DNA of 64,000 nt. Source: Raja brachyura (taxonomy: Eukaryota). The notes beneath the pieces are model-generated. The model was not told the origin of the DNA. It searched no databases and worked only from the letters and a program-made list of their open reading frames with translations. Shown here one piece after another: positions 1 to 14,628 of this stretch. Both the position numbers and the translations under genes were made by a program. The stretch is from assembly GCA_963514005.1 (NCBI GenBank), contig OY740809.1:32488001-32552000 (forward strand). Direction: 5' to 3'. How positions within the stretch are numbered: the stretch's first letter is position 1; each line of letters opens with the position of its first letter.

Positions 1-214
1 CTTGCCAAACCGGGCAAAATGGTACGGCTTTTAGGTTGCCCGGCGGGACTTTAGATGGCCACTGGCACCCAGGTAACCGTTAATTTAGAGCCCTGAGCTC
101 GCGTCCCTGGGACTAGCTACAGTGGCCAGGTCGCGGAAACAAATTGAAAAAAAAACACGCCTGCAGGCCGGTTGATTTCGGGTTACGGGCCGGATCTGCA
201 TCTTTGGAATCTGC

Positions 215-360
215 TAGAAAACCAGAGCACCTGGAGGAAACCCATGTGGTCACAGGGAGAACATGCAAACTCCACACAGACAGCATCTGAGGTCAGCATT
301 GAATCAGGGTCTCTGGTGCTGTGAGGCAGCAGCTCTACCAGATGTGCCACAGTGCAGCCC
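215..360 (-). mobile_element. tRNA-derived SINE 5' half (HE1/V-SINE-like)
   Basis: Reverse complement of the SINE head and central domain. Confidence 0.65.
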
Positions 361-3300
361 ATATTTGTTGTAGGAAGGAATACGAGGGCTAATTTAAGCT
401 TTTAAGAACCTTGGACTACATTAGGGAAATTTTAAAATCTCCCTAACCAACTGACTGGTAAAGGCAGCATCTCATAGTTCCATAGGACTGCATTTTAGTT
501 TCCGATCTGTTATGTTAAGATCACAAATATTATCTATAAACATGGGGGAGCCATTGCTTAAAGCCTGCACTGAAATGGTGGTTCTTTTGTCCAACCAGGT
601 TCATACAGTATGAGACATTTGTGAAGAGGGAAAGGAGTTAATTTTTCATTTAGCTGCTTTGGTTTATTGATATCAATTCTGAAATACAATGAGGAATTGG
701 TTTCGATAACATTTAAGTCAATTAGAAAAGTATCAAGTAAATATTTTCTTTATTAACAATTAGTTTTTCTCCTCCGCAGTACACCTTTCTGCGATCAATG
801 GGCTACATTGCAATGGTGAACTTCATTTGTAGCCTTAGTGGCCAGTACTAAGTTGTTGCTGAGTAAAGAGGCAGAAAGGAATCAAATCCCGATCTGATGG
901 TTGTGGATATGCTCTTTACAGTATTACTGAAGGATTGTAATTCGAATTGGTATTTTCAAAGCATACTTGTGATCAGCTGTGATCCGAACAAGCACAGACA
1001 TGAAACTAAAATGGAATCCTTTGTTCTATGGTTTGGTACTCTGCCGAACGTTGCCTTTACCAGCCAGTTGTTTAGGAAGTTTTTAATTTTCAGTTCTATG
1101 TCCTTGGACAAAAGAAATTGCAGCATGAGGAACTTCAGAGTGAAATCCATGAGTGAAGGATTCCAATAGTAGGTTTTGCCGTGAATTAACCACAATGTGT
1201 AATCGGTCGGGAAGTTCCTACATTTGCTTTGATTTGCAGTGGTAACGCAAGAGATACAACAGCCCGGAATTCAAGAGGTGGGGCTGGGCTTCACTGTCTC
1301 CTCTCTGACAACAGTCTAAATTTATGCATGCCCACTTGTCAGCTGGGTAAGGTATCATGAGGCTTCTATTCCTCTGGGGATTGTAATGAGCAGGTGTTGC
1401 TTCCAGAGGGAGGGAGGGGCAGAGTGCCCAAATACAAATGAAATTTGCAGATATGTTTTGCTTATGGTTGAATCTGTCCAGATTTTTATTTTTTGTATGA
1501 ACTTGGTTTAATTGCATTCAACTTTTTGGAAAGTTAGTGGCTATGGGTTTTGATTTAGAGGATTAATGTCACTAAGCCGTGCATTTATACACAAAGTATT
1601 GCAACATATTTCCAGATAATTGGGCCACTGCAAGTCGACCTTATTATAATGTGGTTGAAACCTATTATCCATGGCAAGCATTAAAAAAGAATATTGCAAA
1701 ATATTTTGGAAGATCAGCGCGTTAGAGATTGTATGTCGAAATAATGTGCATGATGTACCTTCAATTGCTGATGGAACAATTCTTATTTGAAAGCAGTCAT
1801 TTATAACTTCATTTTTAGGGCTGATGAATTTTTGTTGGCCTGTCCAAAAAATGCAATTCAGCACTGTAATATTTAATTCTGAGTGGGTACAGAGCAGTGT
1901 TATTATCTGTAGCTGTTAAACCAGAATGGAGAATGGTTCTTGGGTCTTGCTTCATCTTAACTATTATTGTATAGGTTTTATTCTTAAAGCAGCAGTGACC
2001 TGTGGCGATATCTCTTTGCCTCTATGAAAAGGCTGGAACATCCATTCATCAGTGTAATTCCTGTGCCAGTAGTAATTCATGTAACTTGTATATTGTAATA
2101 ATATTTAAGAATACTATTTAATCTCGGTGTGTGATAAAGTAATGGAAAGGGCTCGGGAGCAGGCAGAAAAATGTGACTGGGTGAGTGCTTTACACAACAT
2201 TCGAACTTGACTATTCCAGTTTCCCCTGGATGCCCTTCTGTCTATCGTACTTTGTAAGCTAGCAAAGAAACTCCACTTCCTTTGTCTGGTCCCTCATGCT
2301 CTCCATTGTACTTCAAGCCTTGCCAGTCTCTGTTGCCTTTGGCTCTTCTGTGCTTCTAACTTAAAATGATCACCCGATCCTTCTGTCTTCCTCTTGTATC
2401 CATCTCTGTAAACTCTTCCAACCTTGCAACCACATAGCAGTCTGATGAAGGGTCTCAACCCGAAACTTCACCCATTCCCATTCCTTCTTCCAGAGGTGCT
2501 GCCAGTCCCGCTGAGTTACTCCAGCTTTTTGTATCGATCTTTATCATTGTAATTGAGTCTGAAGAAGGGGTCTCGCCCAAAACATCACTTTTTTCTCAAT
2601 GTTGCCTGATCCGCTGAGTAACACCAGCATTTTGTGTCTTATCTTTGCTATAAACCAGCATCTGATTGCATCTCATGTGTTGCAGTTGATGTACTTGTGA
2701 TCTGAAGCTCAGACAAATGATCAAGAGACACCAGCTCACAGTTTCCCCTCCCATCTTTTCCCCCACTAACCGCACAAAATTCAGTTGAAGAATATTACTC
2801 AAAGTTGGAAAATAGGTAAAGATTTACGAAAGCCATGAAAGGGAATCGGGGAAACTACTCAATTGTTGGAAAAAGCATTACTGAACCTTTCTGGTTCAAT
2901 AATGTCTTTCAAGGGAAATGTGCCATCTTGTCTTTGTGGACTCGAGGGACTGCAGATGCTGGGTTACAAAAAAAAAGGCACAAAGTGCACAAGTAACTCA
3001 GCAGGTCAGGCAGCATCTTTGGAGAGCACAGGTAGGCAACGTTTTGAGTTGGGACCCTTCTTAACACAGATGGGTGATGTCCTGATCCAAAATCTCTCAT
3101 ATCTGTGTTCTATAACAAAGTTTGTTTCAATACTTTTGTCTTTTTTATCTTGTATTTGTACCTCAGTTTAGATGCAAATGGAGTTGGACAATATCAGTGA
3201 CATCTGCATTCTGCATATGAACAAAATACCTTCCCTTTGCTGTTTCATATCACTCCTTCTGTCATTGGCAGGCATGTCTTTGAAATGTCCCTATGGTATT

Positions 3301-4843
3301 CTGCAGTCCCATTAAGAACTTTCTTGAAATTTTCCTCATTCATTTTGGTGGTTCTGTGCCAAATTCTGTTCAATTAGCCAAAAATGAAGCTGCTTGGTTA
3401 GTTTATTATAGCAGTGCTTCTTATTAAAGCCAGTTTCTTACAGTACTGAAGCATCTAAGGCTGCTTCAATGCTTTACACTTGAATGGAATTCAAGACATT
3501 AAAATTAAAATAGTTTCCATGCTGAACTATACCAGTTAACTGCTCAAAACTGAATTGCTGGTTGTCACAAGTTTTATTGCTTGGTATTTTGAACTTGAAA
3601 TTATTTTCAAGAGTTTAAGCCATGCAGTTAATGGAATTGAAATAGTTGATCAGGTGCTGAAATCTACTGGTTCATTCACTTAAGAAACAGTAGTGGTCTA
3701 AATAGTCTCACAAATCTGCTGTTCTGTACTTTTCATTGATATCATGACTGATCTAATTTGGTGTCTTTGCCCCGTAATACTAGATTCCCTTAGTTTTTAA
3801 AGAAAACATAAATTTCCATCTTCCATCTATGTTGTGACCACTACCTGTAAGAATAAAGAACTCCAAAGATACCATCTTCTGGGTAAGGAGATCTCATCCG
3901 ACCTCTTATTTTGCCACTTATCTGTGGTTCGTGACTTTCCAGTCACTGGCACCATCTTGTCCAACTACATAAGCAACCTTACTAAATCCACCTCTGTCTG
4001 GTTCGGCCTTTTAGTCTTTAAATGTCTTTAATTGCTGGCGAGTTGTCAAATTGCTCTATTATCTTTGTTAACATTGCGGGAAGAACATCATCATGACTAG
4101 GTTAGCATTGATTTGGGAGTGCTTGTTGCCATCGCTTTGAGAAGAGCCATGGACAAAATCAGATTTATGAGAATAGATTTTATTTGGGTAAAATCCCTTG
4201 TGGAGAGATGTTTGAAATGCAGTCTTTTGACCAACATTAGGGACCAAAAATCAACACTTGTTGCCTGCTGTGTAAGCATTGGACCTTTGGACCTTGAGTT
4301 TTATTGTGAATTATGTGGTCTCGCATAGTTTAAAAACATAGTTGACCTGTTGTATCGGCCCCTTGCTGGTGGAATCCCACTACTTTGCCTATTCTTCACA
4401 TGCTTATTTTTTTCTTCTGCTTTTAATATTTGTGTGATCTTCCTGGGATGATATTATTTTTCCCTTATGCAACCTAATTTTATTTTTAGATGATCGAACG
4501 CAAGTCTTTCTGACATTGCAATGCTTTGTGTGTTTGAGTTCAATTTGTTGTCATGTGTACCCAGGTACAGTGAAGAGCTTTGTGATGTCCCATAAGCACT
4601 TTTGGAGGGCTACAGGTGGAATAATAAAATTAGTAAAGTTGACACAGTAGTTGTGGGAGGGTGATATTTAGTTTGGCTTATTTATCAATGTGGTGACCAA
4701 TTCATCTGCAAACTTTGCAAAACTTGTAAAAGAGGAGGAACTGGAATGAAAGAACCATTACCAAATTTGGTTTTGAGCTGCAAATTGGCTTATTTGGTTT
4801 GGTTCCATGCAAAGTAGACTCAATATGCATTTCACCTAAATAG

Positions 4844-4938
4844 TCTGAAGAAGGGTCTCGAACCGAAACGTCACCTATCTCCTTCGCTCCTTAGATGCTG
4901 CTGCACCCGCTGAGTTTCTCCAGCTTTTTGTGTAACCC
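4844..4938 (+). mobile_element. Penelope-derived short repeat with hammerhead-type core
   Basis: CTGAAGA-stem-GAAACGTC; flanked by a perfect 19-bp duplication ATGCATTTCACCTAAATAG. Confidence 0.8.
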
Positions 4939-6636
4939 ATGCATTTCACCTAAATAGGAGTACCTCTTGTGTGACAGTGATTCTGAATCAAGTTCCTGCT
5001 TTATGGCACTATAGGCAGTCGTTTTGTTTCTCATAATGCTTATTTCATTTGAGTTGTATCAAAACAGAAACAGTTGGAAACATTTCAGAAGGCCAGGCAG
5101 CATCTGTGGAAAGAATTAATGTTTTGGGCCTGAGACCCCTGAACAGTTCTCAGCTGGAAATGTCTTTGTCTTTCTCCACGTGCTGCCTGGTCTGATGAGG
5201 GGTTCTTGTGTTTCCTACATTTGTTCAGATGACCACCAGATGTTTACAAAAGCATTTGCTCAGCTCATGATTGGTAAAGTTTTGCTTTTAATCTTCTTGG
5301 AATCCTAAATTTAGGTTGCCTTGTCTCTGCATGGAAAATCTTTCTAATTTAGTCCTGGCCTTTACGTTGGCTGCTGAATTAATGCTCATTTTCCAGTTGG
5401 TTATCTGTTGGGTTTGTGCATGGAAATCTTTTTAGATCTCAGATTAAGCTACTTGTTGCCAATATCCCTGGGCCAAATAAATGCTGGGATTCTTGATGTT
5501 AATTGTTAACTTGTGATAATACTACAGAAAATACTTAATTAGATTTGCCCATGAAACCATATCTTGTCACTGATTCTCACTTCAGGTCATCCTTTGACTT
5601 TCTTTAGTCAGTAAACAAAAGCTCGCTCTGAGAACCCCGATTTTGTGTCTGATTTTTTTTTTTGTATCTAGATGGGTCAGCTGATTTGAAAGAATAGCCT
5701 TGTTTCATGATGTGTCATCTTAATGTTTTAAAGCTAATGAAATGCATTTGAAATGCTGCAGAAGTGGTAGACTACCAATTTGCACAACCAAGCTCTCTCA
5801 AGCAGGAGTGTGATGGCGGTCAGATAATTTGGTACTTGTGGACCAACGTTCTAGTTGCATACCAATTTAGATAAGTTATTGTGCGAGGCTATTTTTATGC
5901 ATTGTGTGTGTCACGTTATTGCTGACTTAAAGTCTATCTGCATAGATATTATTGGCTGTGTATTATTGGGAGGGGTTTGAACACTGGGGATCAGGGACAT
6001 GGGTCGAGCTACAGTGTTGGCGGATATTGGTCTTGATTGCTTGTACATTCAGCTCATTTTGGAGAGCTGAAATTTAAAAATTGTTATTTTTAATTGCTGT
6101 ATTTCATTGCATCCTTGGTGTCATTGCCACCCCTCAAGTGGTATTTTTTGTATTATTAGCAGGAAGTCCGTGCCTTTGCAAATAAGGAGGATGTCAGTCA
6201 CTTGTAATGTCAATAATGTCAATGGCCTTGCAGGAAAAGGAGTTCTCTTCCAATTGAGACATGCAATCCCTTTCCTCAACATGTTTCTATTCCGGAGAAC
6301 TGGAGCCATGATCTTTGGTCTTTCAGACTTGTGACATACAAGAATATCATTGAGTGCTTGGCTCACTTGCAGATCGTCTGATTTAAAATGGCATACAAAA
6401 GCATAAGGTTCAGTCCTTGATATGTTGAAGTACCAAATCTAAGCCAACACTTTATAAATCTTTGGTCAGCAGAATCTAGGTCCTGGAATAGGAAAACAAC
6501 TTGTTTCTGGACTTAATTGCTATAAATGCTATTTGGAATTGACTTTTATGAGCAGTTTGATGGGTTCAAGTATGAAGTCATAATACAGTTTCATTAAAAG
6601 TCTTATGGGCAGTACAGTGGGATATGGGCAGTACAG

Positions 6637-6862
6637 AGGCACAGCTAGTAGAGCCGCTTCCTCACAGTGCTGGAGACCTGGGTTCGAACCTGATCTTGGG
6701 TTCTGTCTGCGAGGTGTTTGCACGTTCTCCTGACTGGGTGAGTTTCTAACAGGTGCTCTGGTTTCCTCCCACATTGAAAAGACTTGTAGGTTAATTGGCT
6801 CTAGTGTGTAGGGGGTGGATGGGAAAGTGATCGACTAGTGAGAATGGGATGAACTAAACTAA
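6637..6862 (+). mobile_element. tRNA-derived SINE (HE1/V-SINE-like), degenerate
   Basis: B box GGTTCGAACC, TTTGCACGTTCTCC central domain, CTAAACTAAA tail. Confidence 0.7.
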
Positions 6863-8208
6863 AAACTACCAGTTCTAAATTTTTGAAAGATACGGCACAA
6901 TGTTTAATACAACATTGTAAATCGGTGCCTTCGGATAGAGCGTAGAAATTAGACATAAAATGGGTCAACATAGAGACCTTTAGTTAAGAAAGACTTGAAA
7001 CCACAGGATAGTTGGGGGAAAACGTTTATTTTGCAAAAATATCTTTTTTGTAATTGCAGTTTCTAGAGAGTTGTTTTTTTTAGCCTGTATATTCCACAGG
7101 CTTAGGAATTTGTGGAAGAGAGAACCTCTTTAAGCAGACAAGATGGAGAGTCTACCCAAACACCCAGTATGGACAGGTTAGTTTAATTGTTTCTTTCAAT
7201 GGAGAGGGCTGACTGTAATAATTCAGTGGAATGTATTTGTTTCTGTTTTTACTTGTTGTATTTTAAAAAGTCTAAAGTAATCTATAAATATTAAGGTTTT
7301 AGTTTTCTATATCTGTAAATCTCAGAAACACTTGCAGGCTTTGTCAATTGTTGGTTCAAATGCAGATGGATCTGGCACGGGATATAATGGGGTGAATACT
7401 ATCGGATCATCCATGTACACATTAGGATATAATGTTGAGGTGAAAATAGGATATAATTTTTGTCTGAAAAAGGGTCTTGACTCGAAACGTTACCCATTCC
7501 TTTTCTCCGGAGATGCTGCCTGACCCGCTGAGTTACTCCAGCATTTTGTCTATCTTCGGTGTAAACTAGCATCTGCAGTTTGTTCCTACACATTTAATTG
7601 TTTTTGACTGAGTAGCTGAGGTAGTGTGTTTAAACTTTAAGTTTCACATTCATTAGAGTAGCATCAATGTGCAGTGAGGGTAGAGCGCCAGAATCCAAGC
7701 TAGATAAAGCTGAACAAATGTTGACAGAAGAAGCTCTTCATGTATGTTTTGAAGGCGTTTCATATTTATTTGATGTTTTTAGCTATGCTGCTTTCCAGTG
7801 GGGCCGGTTAGGTGCATGCTGCTTACTGGGATTTATTTAGTAGTTAGGTAGAGCACAAATCTGAAGCTTCTTAATTGATGTTTTAAAGAGATCTGAGTGC
7901 ATAAAAGTAGTTGGTTTGGAGAGGGGAGTTAAAGATATGGGCTGGCATGGTTGAGGGGAGAGCTGAGAGTGTGATGTGTGAATTGCATGTAAGGAACCAG
8001 AGTTGTAAAGGCTTGGCAAATCTCTCTGCCTCTCCATATAAAAGAAAATGGGGCCTTGTGAAGACCACTTGTGTTGACGGCAGCTGAGGTCAGAGTAGGT
8101 CACAAGGCCCAGATTGAATTTGCGGAGTCAGTGTATCTTCACTGTTCTTTGTCAATTAGCCAAATGTTGTCGTCAGAGAAATCCTTACAAATTCTAATGC
8201 TTTACGTT

Positions 8209-8470
8209 AGAAACAGAAAACAGGAACAGGAGTAGGCCATTCAGCCCTTTTGAGCCAGCACCGCCATTAAATGGCGCCGGAAGAAGGGTCTGGACCCGAA
8301 ACGTCGCCTATCTCCTTCGCTCCTTAGATGCTGCTGCACCCGCTGAGTTTCTCCAGCTTTTTGTGTAACCTGCCATTAAATATGATCATGGCTGATCAGC
8401 CATAATCAGAACCTGTTCCTGCTTTCTCCCCATATGTCTAGATTCCGTTAGCCTCAAGAGCGAAGTTAAT
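8209..8470 (-). mobile_element. CR1 3' UTR fragment interrupted by a Penelope-derived short repeat (about 8273-8371)
   Basis: CR1 tail sequence on both sides; the insert is flanked by a GCCATTAAAT duplication (8263-72 / 8372-81). Confidence 0.8.
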
Positions 8471-11400
8471 CACTAACTTGGATTGGGTTTGTCATGAGCA
8501 TTCACTATTGTGCTTTTAAATCTTTATTTAATTTTTGCAAAAGAAAGTAATTTTGTTTGAGATTCTTAGTTCATTTGTTCATCAATCTATTGCTCTTTGT
8601 TCTCGGGGAGAATTTATCCAGGTATTGCTTTGGTAAAGTCTGCATGTTTTCTGGAGTAAGAAGCTTGGTGAAGTTGATTACATTACCAGGCTATTTTCTA
8701 TTTGCACCGCATCCGCTGGTCTTTAAAGAAAACAAGGCGAGTGACCTTGGACTGCTGGTGCTGTGAGTTACTGTGGGATAAGATGCCAGTAATGCCATTG
8801 AAACCAAGAAATTCAGTTGATTACATTATTGGTCAATTCTGGAGCATTTGGTTGAAGAATGCTTGTCATTTGAGTACATTTCCTATAAATCGAATGATGT
8901 GATTTACATTGAGGTTGGTCTTTCTATTTTTCTTCAGTGTTGACATTGAATCTGAGCGCTATAATACTGTTAGATATATTCTCACAGAAGCTGGGAGTAA
9001 AAAAATTGTCAATAGATTTTTACAACAAATTGAAAGAACAATCTGCTATTTACTGACAGAAACGGTAGCCTGATTTGTTTTGTTTCCCTTAAGGGAAATG
9101 CGCACCAAGAGTCTGATCTGTGCTGAATTTGCAGTGGTCACAATTGGGTTGAAAAGGGTAGGTGGAAAATGCCTGGCTGCAAACAGAATGTAGATTTTCC
9201 TCCACCAGAGGCCTGGGGATATGAATATGTTGACTCTCCCCAACCCCCTTATTACTCCTCCCTGCCCCGATAAAACGTTGTTTTAGGGCAATGTGGAAAG
9301 TAAGATTGACTAGAAAGAGAGAATGCAGTCAATACGACACCAAGGACAAGTGTCTATGTGGAAACGGTTTAGGTGCTTGTTACCCACTCGCACTGCTAAG
9401 AGTGAAGACACTGGTTTCAAACTAATACCCTATAGTGATAAATGATATCTGGGATATTGTGTGAAAGGAAGCCATGTGTGATCAATAATTTTTGCCAAAT
9501 AAAATTCCACAGCTGGCTAAATTTGCTGTTTTTGAATGATGATAACATTTTGCATTACTTTATTCAATCCCGCAGAGATTTATAGGTAGAATGTTCTTCC
9601 CCTCTTAATTGGAATCGGCTAATTTAACATTTAGAGCACGCCTGTTCAGAAATATTATCAGAGCAATCCATTTTATGAAAGTTGCTTTTGAATCAAGTAA
9701 TTGCCATGGTTGTAGAACATACTGATATAAGACCTGATATGAAAATTTAGCAAAGCACATGCTTTTTCTTTGCTCATGTAAGAGGAGGTTTTGGCTGGAT
9801 GCCGAGTGAGAATTTAATATTGCCACTGATATCTTGCCATAGATGTAGTTTGTAATTTTTGTCCAGCAAATTACAGGACTGATTTTCATGAGCTGGTCTA
9901 CTTGATTCAAATCTACTGTTCGGAGTTGTTCGATGTTGGTCACAGCAGTCAAAGTAATTCATTATTCTCTACTTTTTCATTGTTTTATGCTCACTGGCCA
10001 AATGGTGTTGCAGTTTGTTCGTAACTTAACATAGAACATGAAACAGCACAGTGTAGTTCAGAACGGCATACAAACGCGCCATTTGGCCCACTGTGTGCCA
10101 GTCATGATGCCAATCAAGATTAATTTTCTGTGCCTGCATGGAAATATCCCTCTATTCTCTGCCCTCTTCCTGTGTTTGCCTCAACTCTTAAACGCTGCTA
10201 TTGACATCTGCTTCCTCTACCACCCTGGCAGCGTGTTATAGCACCTACCACTCACTCTGAACTTGCCTTGCACATTTCCTCCTTTAAACTTTCCCCCTCT
10301 TACCTTAAAGCTATGCCCTCTAATATAGTTCAATAGTTCTTTTGTATTTGTTACATATACAACTGCACAGTGAAATTCATTGCACATGTGGACACAATAC
10401 TTGGCATTTCCACCCGAGTGCTAAAGACACTGCCTTATCTGTGCCCCTCATTACTTTACATTCTTCTATCGGGTTGCCCCTCAGCCTCTGATGCTCCAGT
10501 GAAAACAATTCCAGTTTGTATGACCTCTCGTAGCTAACCTTAGATTAGGCAACGTCCTGGTGAACCTCTTCTGCACTCTCTCCAAAGGCTCCACATCCTC
10601 TTTGCATTGTGGCAGCCAGAACTGTACACGCCACTTCAAATGAGGTTTACCTAAGGTTTATAGGCAAAAATACTGGAGAAACTCAGCGGGTGAGACAGCA
10701 TCTATGGAGTGAAAGAATTAGGTAACGTTTCGGGTCGAGACCCTTTACCTAAGGTTTATACAGCTGCAACATCAATAGCTGCTATCTAAAGTGTATGTGC
10801 CATTTGCCTATTTTACCACGTGCTCGCTTTCAGGGAGCTATGAACTTGCAGCTCAAGATCCCTCTGAACCTCAATCTCCCACGGGTCCTGCCATGGTATA
10901 TCTTTACATTTGATCTCCCAAAGTGCACCATCTTGCACTTGTTCAGATTAAATACCATGTCTGCCTAAATTTCAAACTGATCTATGTCTTGCTGACAACT
11001 TCCCCACTACCTCCCAACTCCACAGTTTTGTGCCATGTGCAAGCTTGCTAACCAAACCACCTATATTTTCAGGTGAATCATGAATATATTAAGCAGTGAT
11101 CTCAGGAGTGGTGATATTTAAAAATGCTGCCCATTGGTAACAATGAAAGCTACTGTTTATGGCACATGCATTTTTTGCATCCACTTTTAATAGTAATTCA
11201 TAATAATTCATAAGTCATTTAATGTCATTCCCCATTTGAGAGAATGCCGAGTAACGGTAGACAGTTCTTGGTGGCATTTCGTCTCTGCTCTAAGCCATTG
11301 TCCCTCTGGTTGAGCTGTAGTTTTCACAGAAGGAAATTGCCAATTTTTCCCAGTCTGATTTATGTGATTCCAGGCGCATGGATGCAGTTGACTCTAAATT

Positions 11401-14400
11401 GTCATCTGAAATGGTCCAGCAAGCTCCACTGAGAATGCGCCATTCAAAGATGGACCATAAATCCCAAGTTTTTTTTTAAAGCATCTCTTAAAACTTTGAG
11501 ATTGGAATCACTGGTTTGGTTTTTAGCTATCTCTCAGGATCCTGTTGCTTAGACTAATTGTAGTAATTTTCCCCAGACTGCTATGATTTGACTATGCTCT
11601 GTGAAACTCGAATTTTGCTCTTAAACTATCTTTTGAAGGACTTAAACAGCAGAAACAGAAATATTGCTCAAGGCTGTCTGCCTTACGGGTGTTTTAACTT
11701 TTCTCGTCTGTGTTGAGAAAAGTTAAGACTTTGTCGTAAACACTGCCCGACTGATGCCCAACTAACTGCTCTAAAGAAAATGGACGTCAGTCTGTTATAT
11801 AAAGTATCACATGCCCTGTGCTCCCAGTAACATTTGAACTTTAATAAAGTGTATCGGTCACAACACCAAGCCTTTGTCCAGTAGCAACTCTTTATTGCAG
11901 ATTTTGTTTCACAATTGCTTTGTTTTTGCAAAGATAACTGAGCACTAATTGCCAGTTATGGGGTGAAGCTTGTTTCATAGATGTGTTGGGAGTAATTCTT
12001 TGGAGGCATCTTGATTTATGTATGCCCATAATAAATCTGCATAGACGCGGTATTGGACAAGAATGAAGTGTGTGGGATATGTGGAGGGAAATTAAAAGAA
12101 ATGAAGTTTGCAGTGTACAAAATATAGAAAAATATCACAAGGTTCCACATTATAGATTCCATAAAGTTGCACACTGCATCATTTCATTATGACTTTACAA
12201 ACTGTTGCTCCTTTATTCAAGTTCATTCGTACATCAGTGAAAAGAGATCTTGTGATGTAATTATTTCCTGCTCGGTAACCGAGTCTTGAGAATATTCCAG
12301 ATAATTTTCCCTTTGCTGGTGACCTAATTGTTCGAATTACTCTTCAAGCATTGTGAACCAAGCTGTGGAAGGGAGGAAAATGGACCATAATGGTATAATC
12401 AATTCTCTTTTCTTTCAACTTCAGTGTTGTTTGCTCTTCATTTCTGGCATTTTGTATGCTGAGAGAGCATGCTGTTGGACCATAGTGACTATTACAGAGT
12501 GATGCCAATGTTCAGAAGAGTAAAAAGGAAAGGAATATAAATGAGATAATGACCTTTAATGACTTCCATTCTGGAGATTACAAGCAAAGATTTATACATT
12601 TAAAATTGAACAAACCCAAGGAAGTTTTTTCTTATGTAACTTGTGAGTATGCAACCAGAAAGGAATAAACGATGAAATGAAATTGCCACTTGAAATTGTG
12701 AGCATCATTAGCTTAGTCAGGATAAAATACCTGTTCTGTTCAGTGAAACCTGTGGCATGCCAGGTGCTGTTTCACACTCGGCTTTCCGTTCTGTCACAAC
12801 ATTCCCTGCCTCTCAACTTTCTGCTCTCTGCTCATCATCTTGTGGTGGACAGATGATGATTCTTGTGTCCTATACATATTCTTGTTTCCTATCTGCACAA
12901 CTCATCCCCAAATGCTGGCTCGTTCCTCGCTCGGCGCTGTGAAATAGCTGAAAATGTTGGAAAATGCACTTAACATGGATACCGGTGTCCTGAACTTCAT
13001 GTAGTTTTTCAAAATACATAATTTACACTTTGTCCATTCCATTGTAACACAGAACACTGCCTGCTTTAAAAGGAGCCTAACTGAAGGCAGTTCCTGGTCA
13101 CGTTGAACTCGGACCTGTTGATGCTGAAGGCAGAGAGTGCGCTGTAGCTGATTGATCCCTCACTTGCTCTTTTACTGAATGCGGACTAGGAGAGTGTAAA
13201 TGAGGGACGTAGAGGTGCTTTGTAGGGTGGATGAATAAACTACAGCATCTCCATAGTTGCGTAGTTGGCAATTTGCGTAGACTTGGACTTGTGCAAACAA
13301 TTCACAATAGGTGGACCCATTTCCTAAATGATGTATTATTGCAATGGGAGGTTGGTGAGGGCTTCCTGTCCATTTCATAGATATAAAAGACATGCGTGGG
13401 CTTGTTACTCTTCCAGTTTCGGCCACTGTTCTCTACGACACTGGGAAGACGAGTGAGAGTGAGGGAAGTTGTGGCGAGCAACTCCCAGCCAAGTAACGGA
13501 CATTATCAGCAACGCGCACCAGTGGGCCCAGTGGCTGTTGTTGCAGTTTGCATTGTAGCTGACAAGATGTCCTGGGGTGGAAGAGGAGGCAGTGGTGGAG
13601 GGGGGAGCACACACAACAAAGGCCGACAGGAAGAAGCGGCAGCTGGTGAGAGGTGTGGGAACCCCAGGGTAACCAAGAGCATCCTGTCGGTGACAGTGGC
13701 CTGACGGGCCACAACGCGAGCTGCAACGGCAGCCATGCCAAACGGACGGTGCGCAGCTGGTTAAGAAGGGCTCGCTAATGCGGACCAGTACCACCCGCGC
13801 CTATTTTTAAGGTGAACTGACCGATTCCGATGTATTTCTGGTTCAACAAAATCTTGCATCGATGTAAAGTTGTCAACCAAAATACTACGAGAGGACACAA
13901 AGTGCTGGAGTAACTCAGCAGATCAGGGATCATCACTGGAGAACATGGATAGGTGACGTTTCTGGTTGGGACACTTCAGACTGATTGCTTAGTTGCTCCA
14001 GCACTTTGTGTCCTTTTGTGTATTAACCAGCATTTGCAATTCTTCGTTTGCCAAGTTTTAAGGTGATTCCAACTGTACGCAATCTGACACATCAAAAAAA
14101 ATGAAGTACAGAATCGGGTAATATCTGAAAATTAAAATTTACATTGACTTGTAAAGCTTCTTTGATTTTCTTATTTGTCCCCAAATATGGTTTAGGTTGG
14201 TGCAGAATATGGTGGGAATTATGAGATGCTGAATTGTGCATTGGAACTAATTGTCTATTGGGGGGGGGGGCAGTAAAGCACAACTTTGGTTTCACAATAG
14301 CAATACCATGATGAAATGATTTGCCTTTTTGAGATTTGAGCTTTGGAACCTTGAACCAGTAACAGCCTGGTGTAAAATTGGGTGCAAACTTGAAGTAAAA

Positions 14401-14438
14401 CTATTTTTGTTTGCAAAGGTAGTTGAACATTGTTTGTG

Positions 14439-14628
14439 TAGGAAGGAACTGCTGATGCTGGGTTAAACCAAAGATAGACACAAAAAACTGGATGACCTCA
14501 GCCGGAGAGGTAGCATGTCTGGATAGAAGGAATGGGTGAGGATTCAGGTCGAGACCTGAAACGACACCCATTCCTTCGCTCCAGAGATGCTGCCAGTCCT
14601 GCTGAGTTACTCAAGTTTTTTGTGTCTA
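14439..14628. mobile_element. Fold-back Penelope-derived repeat (older)
   Basis: Inverted pair; 15-bp duplication TGAACAT(T/C)GTTTGTG. Confidence 0.75.

Noticed and set aside
13396-13810. GC-rich stretch with overlapping ORFs on both strands, considered as PUM1 exon 2 or an internal promoter
   Set aside because: No frame resembles PUM1 exon 2 (e.g. SQDDAMVDYFFQRQ); more likely a repeat fragment whose ends I could not define.
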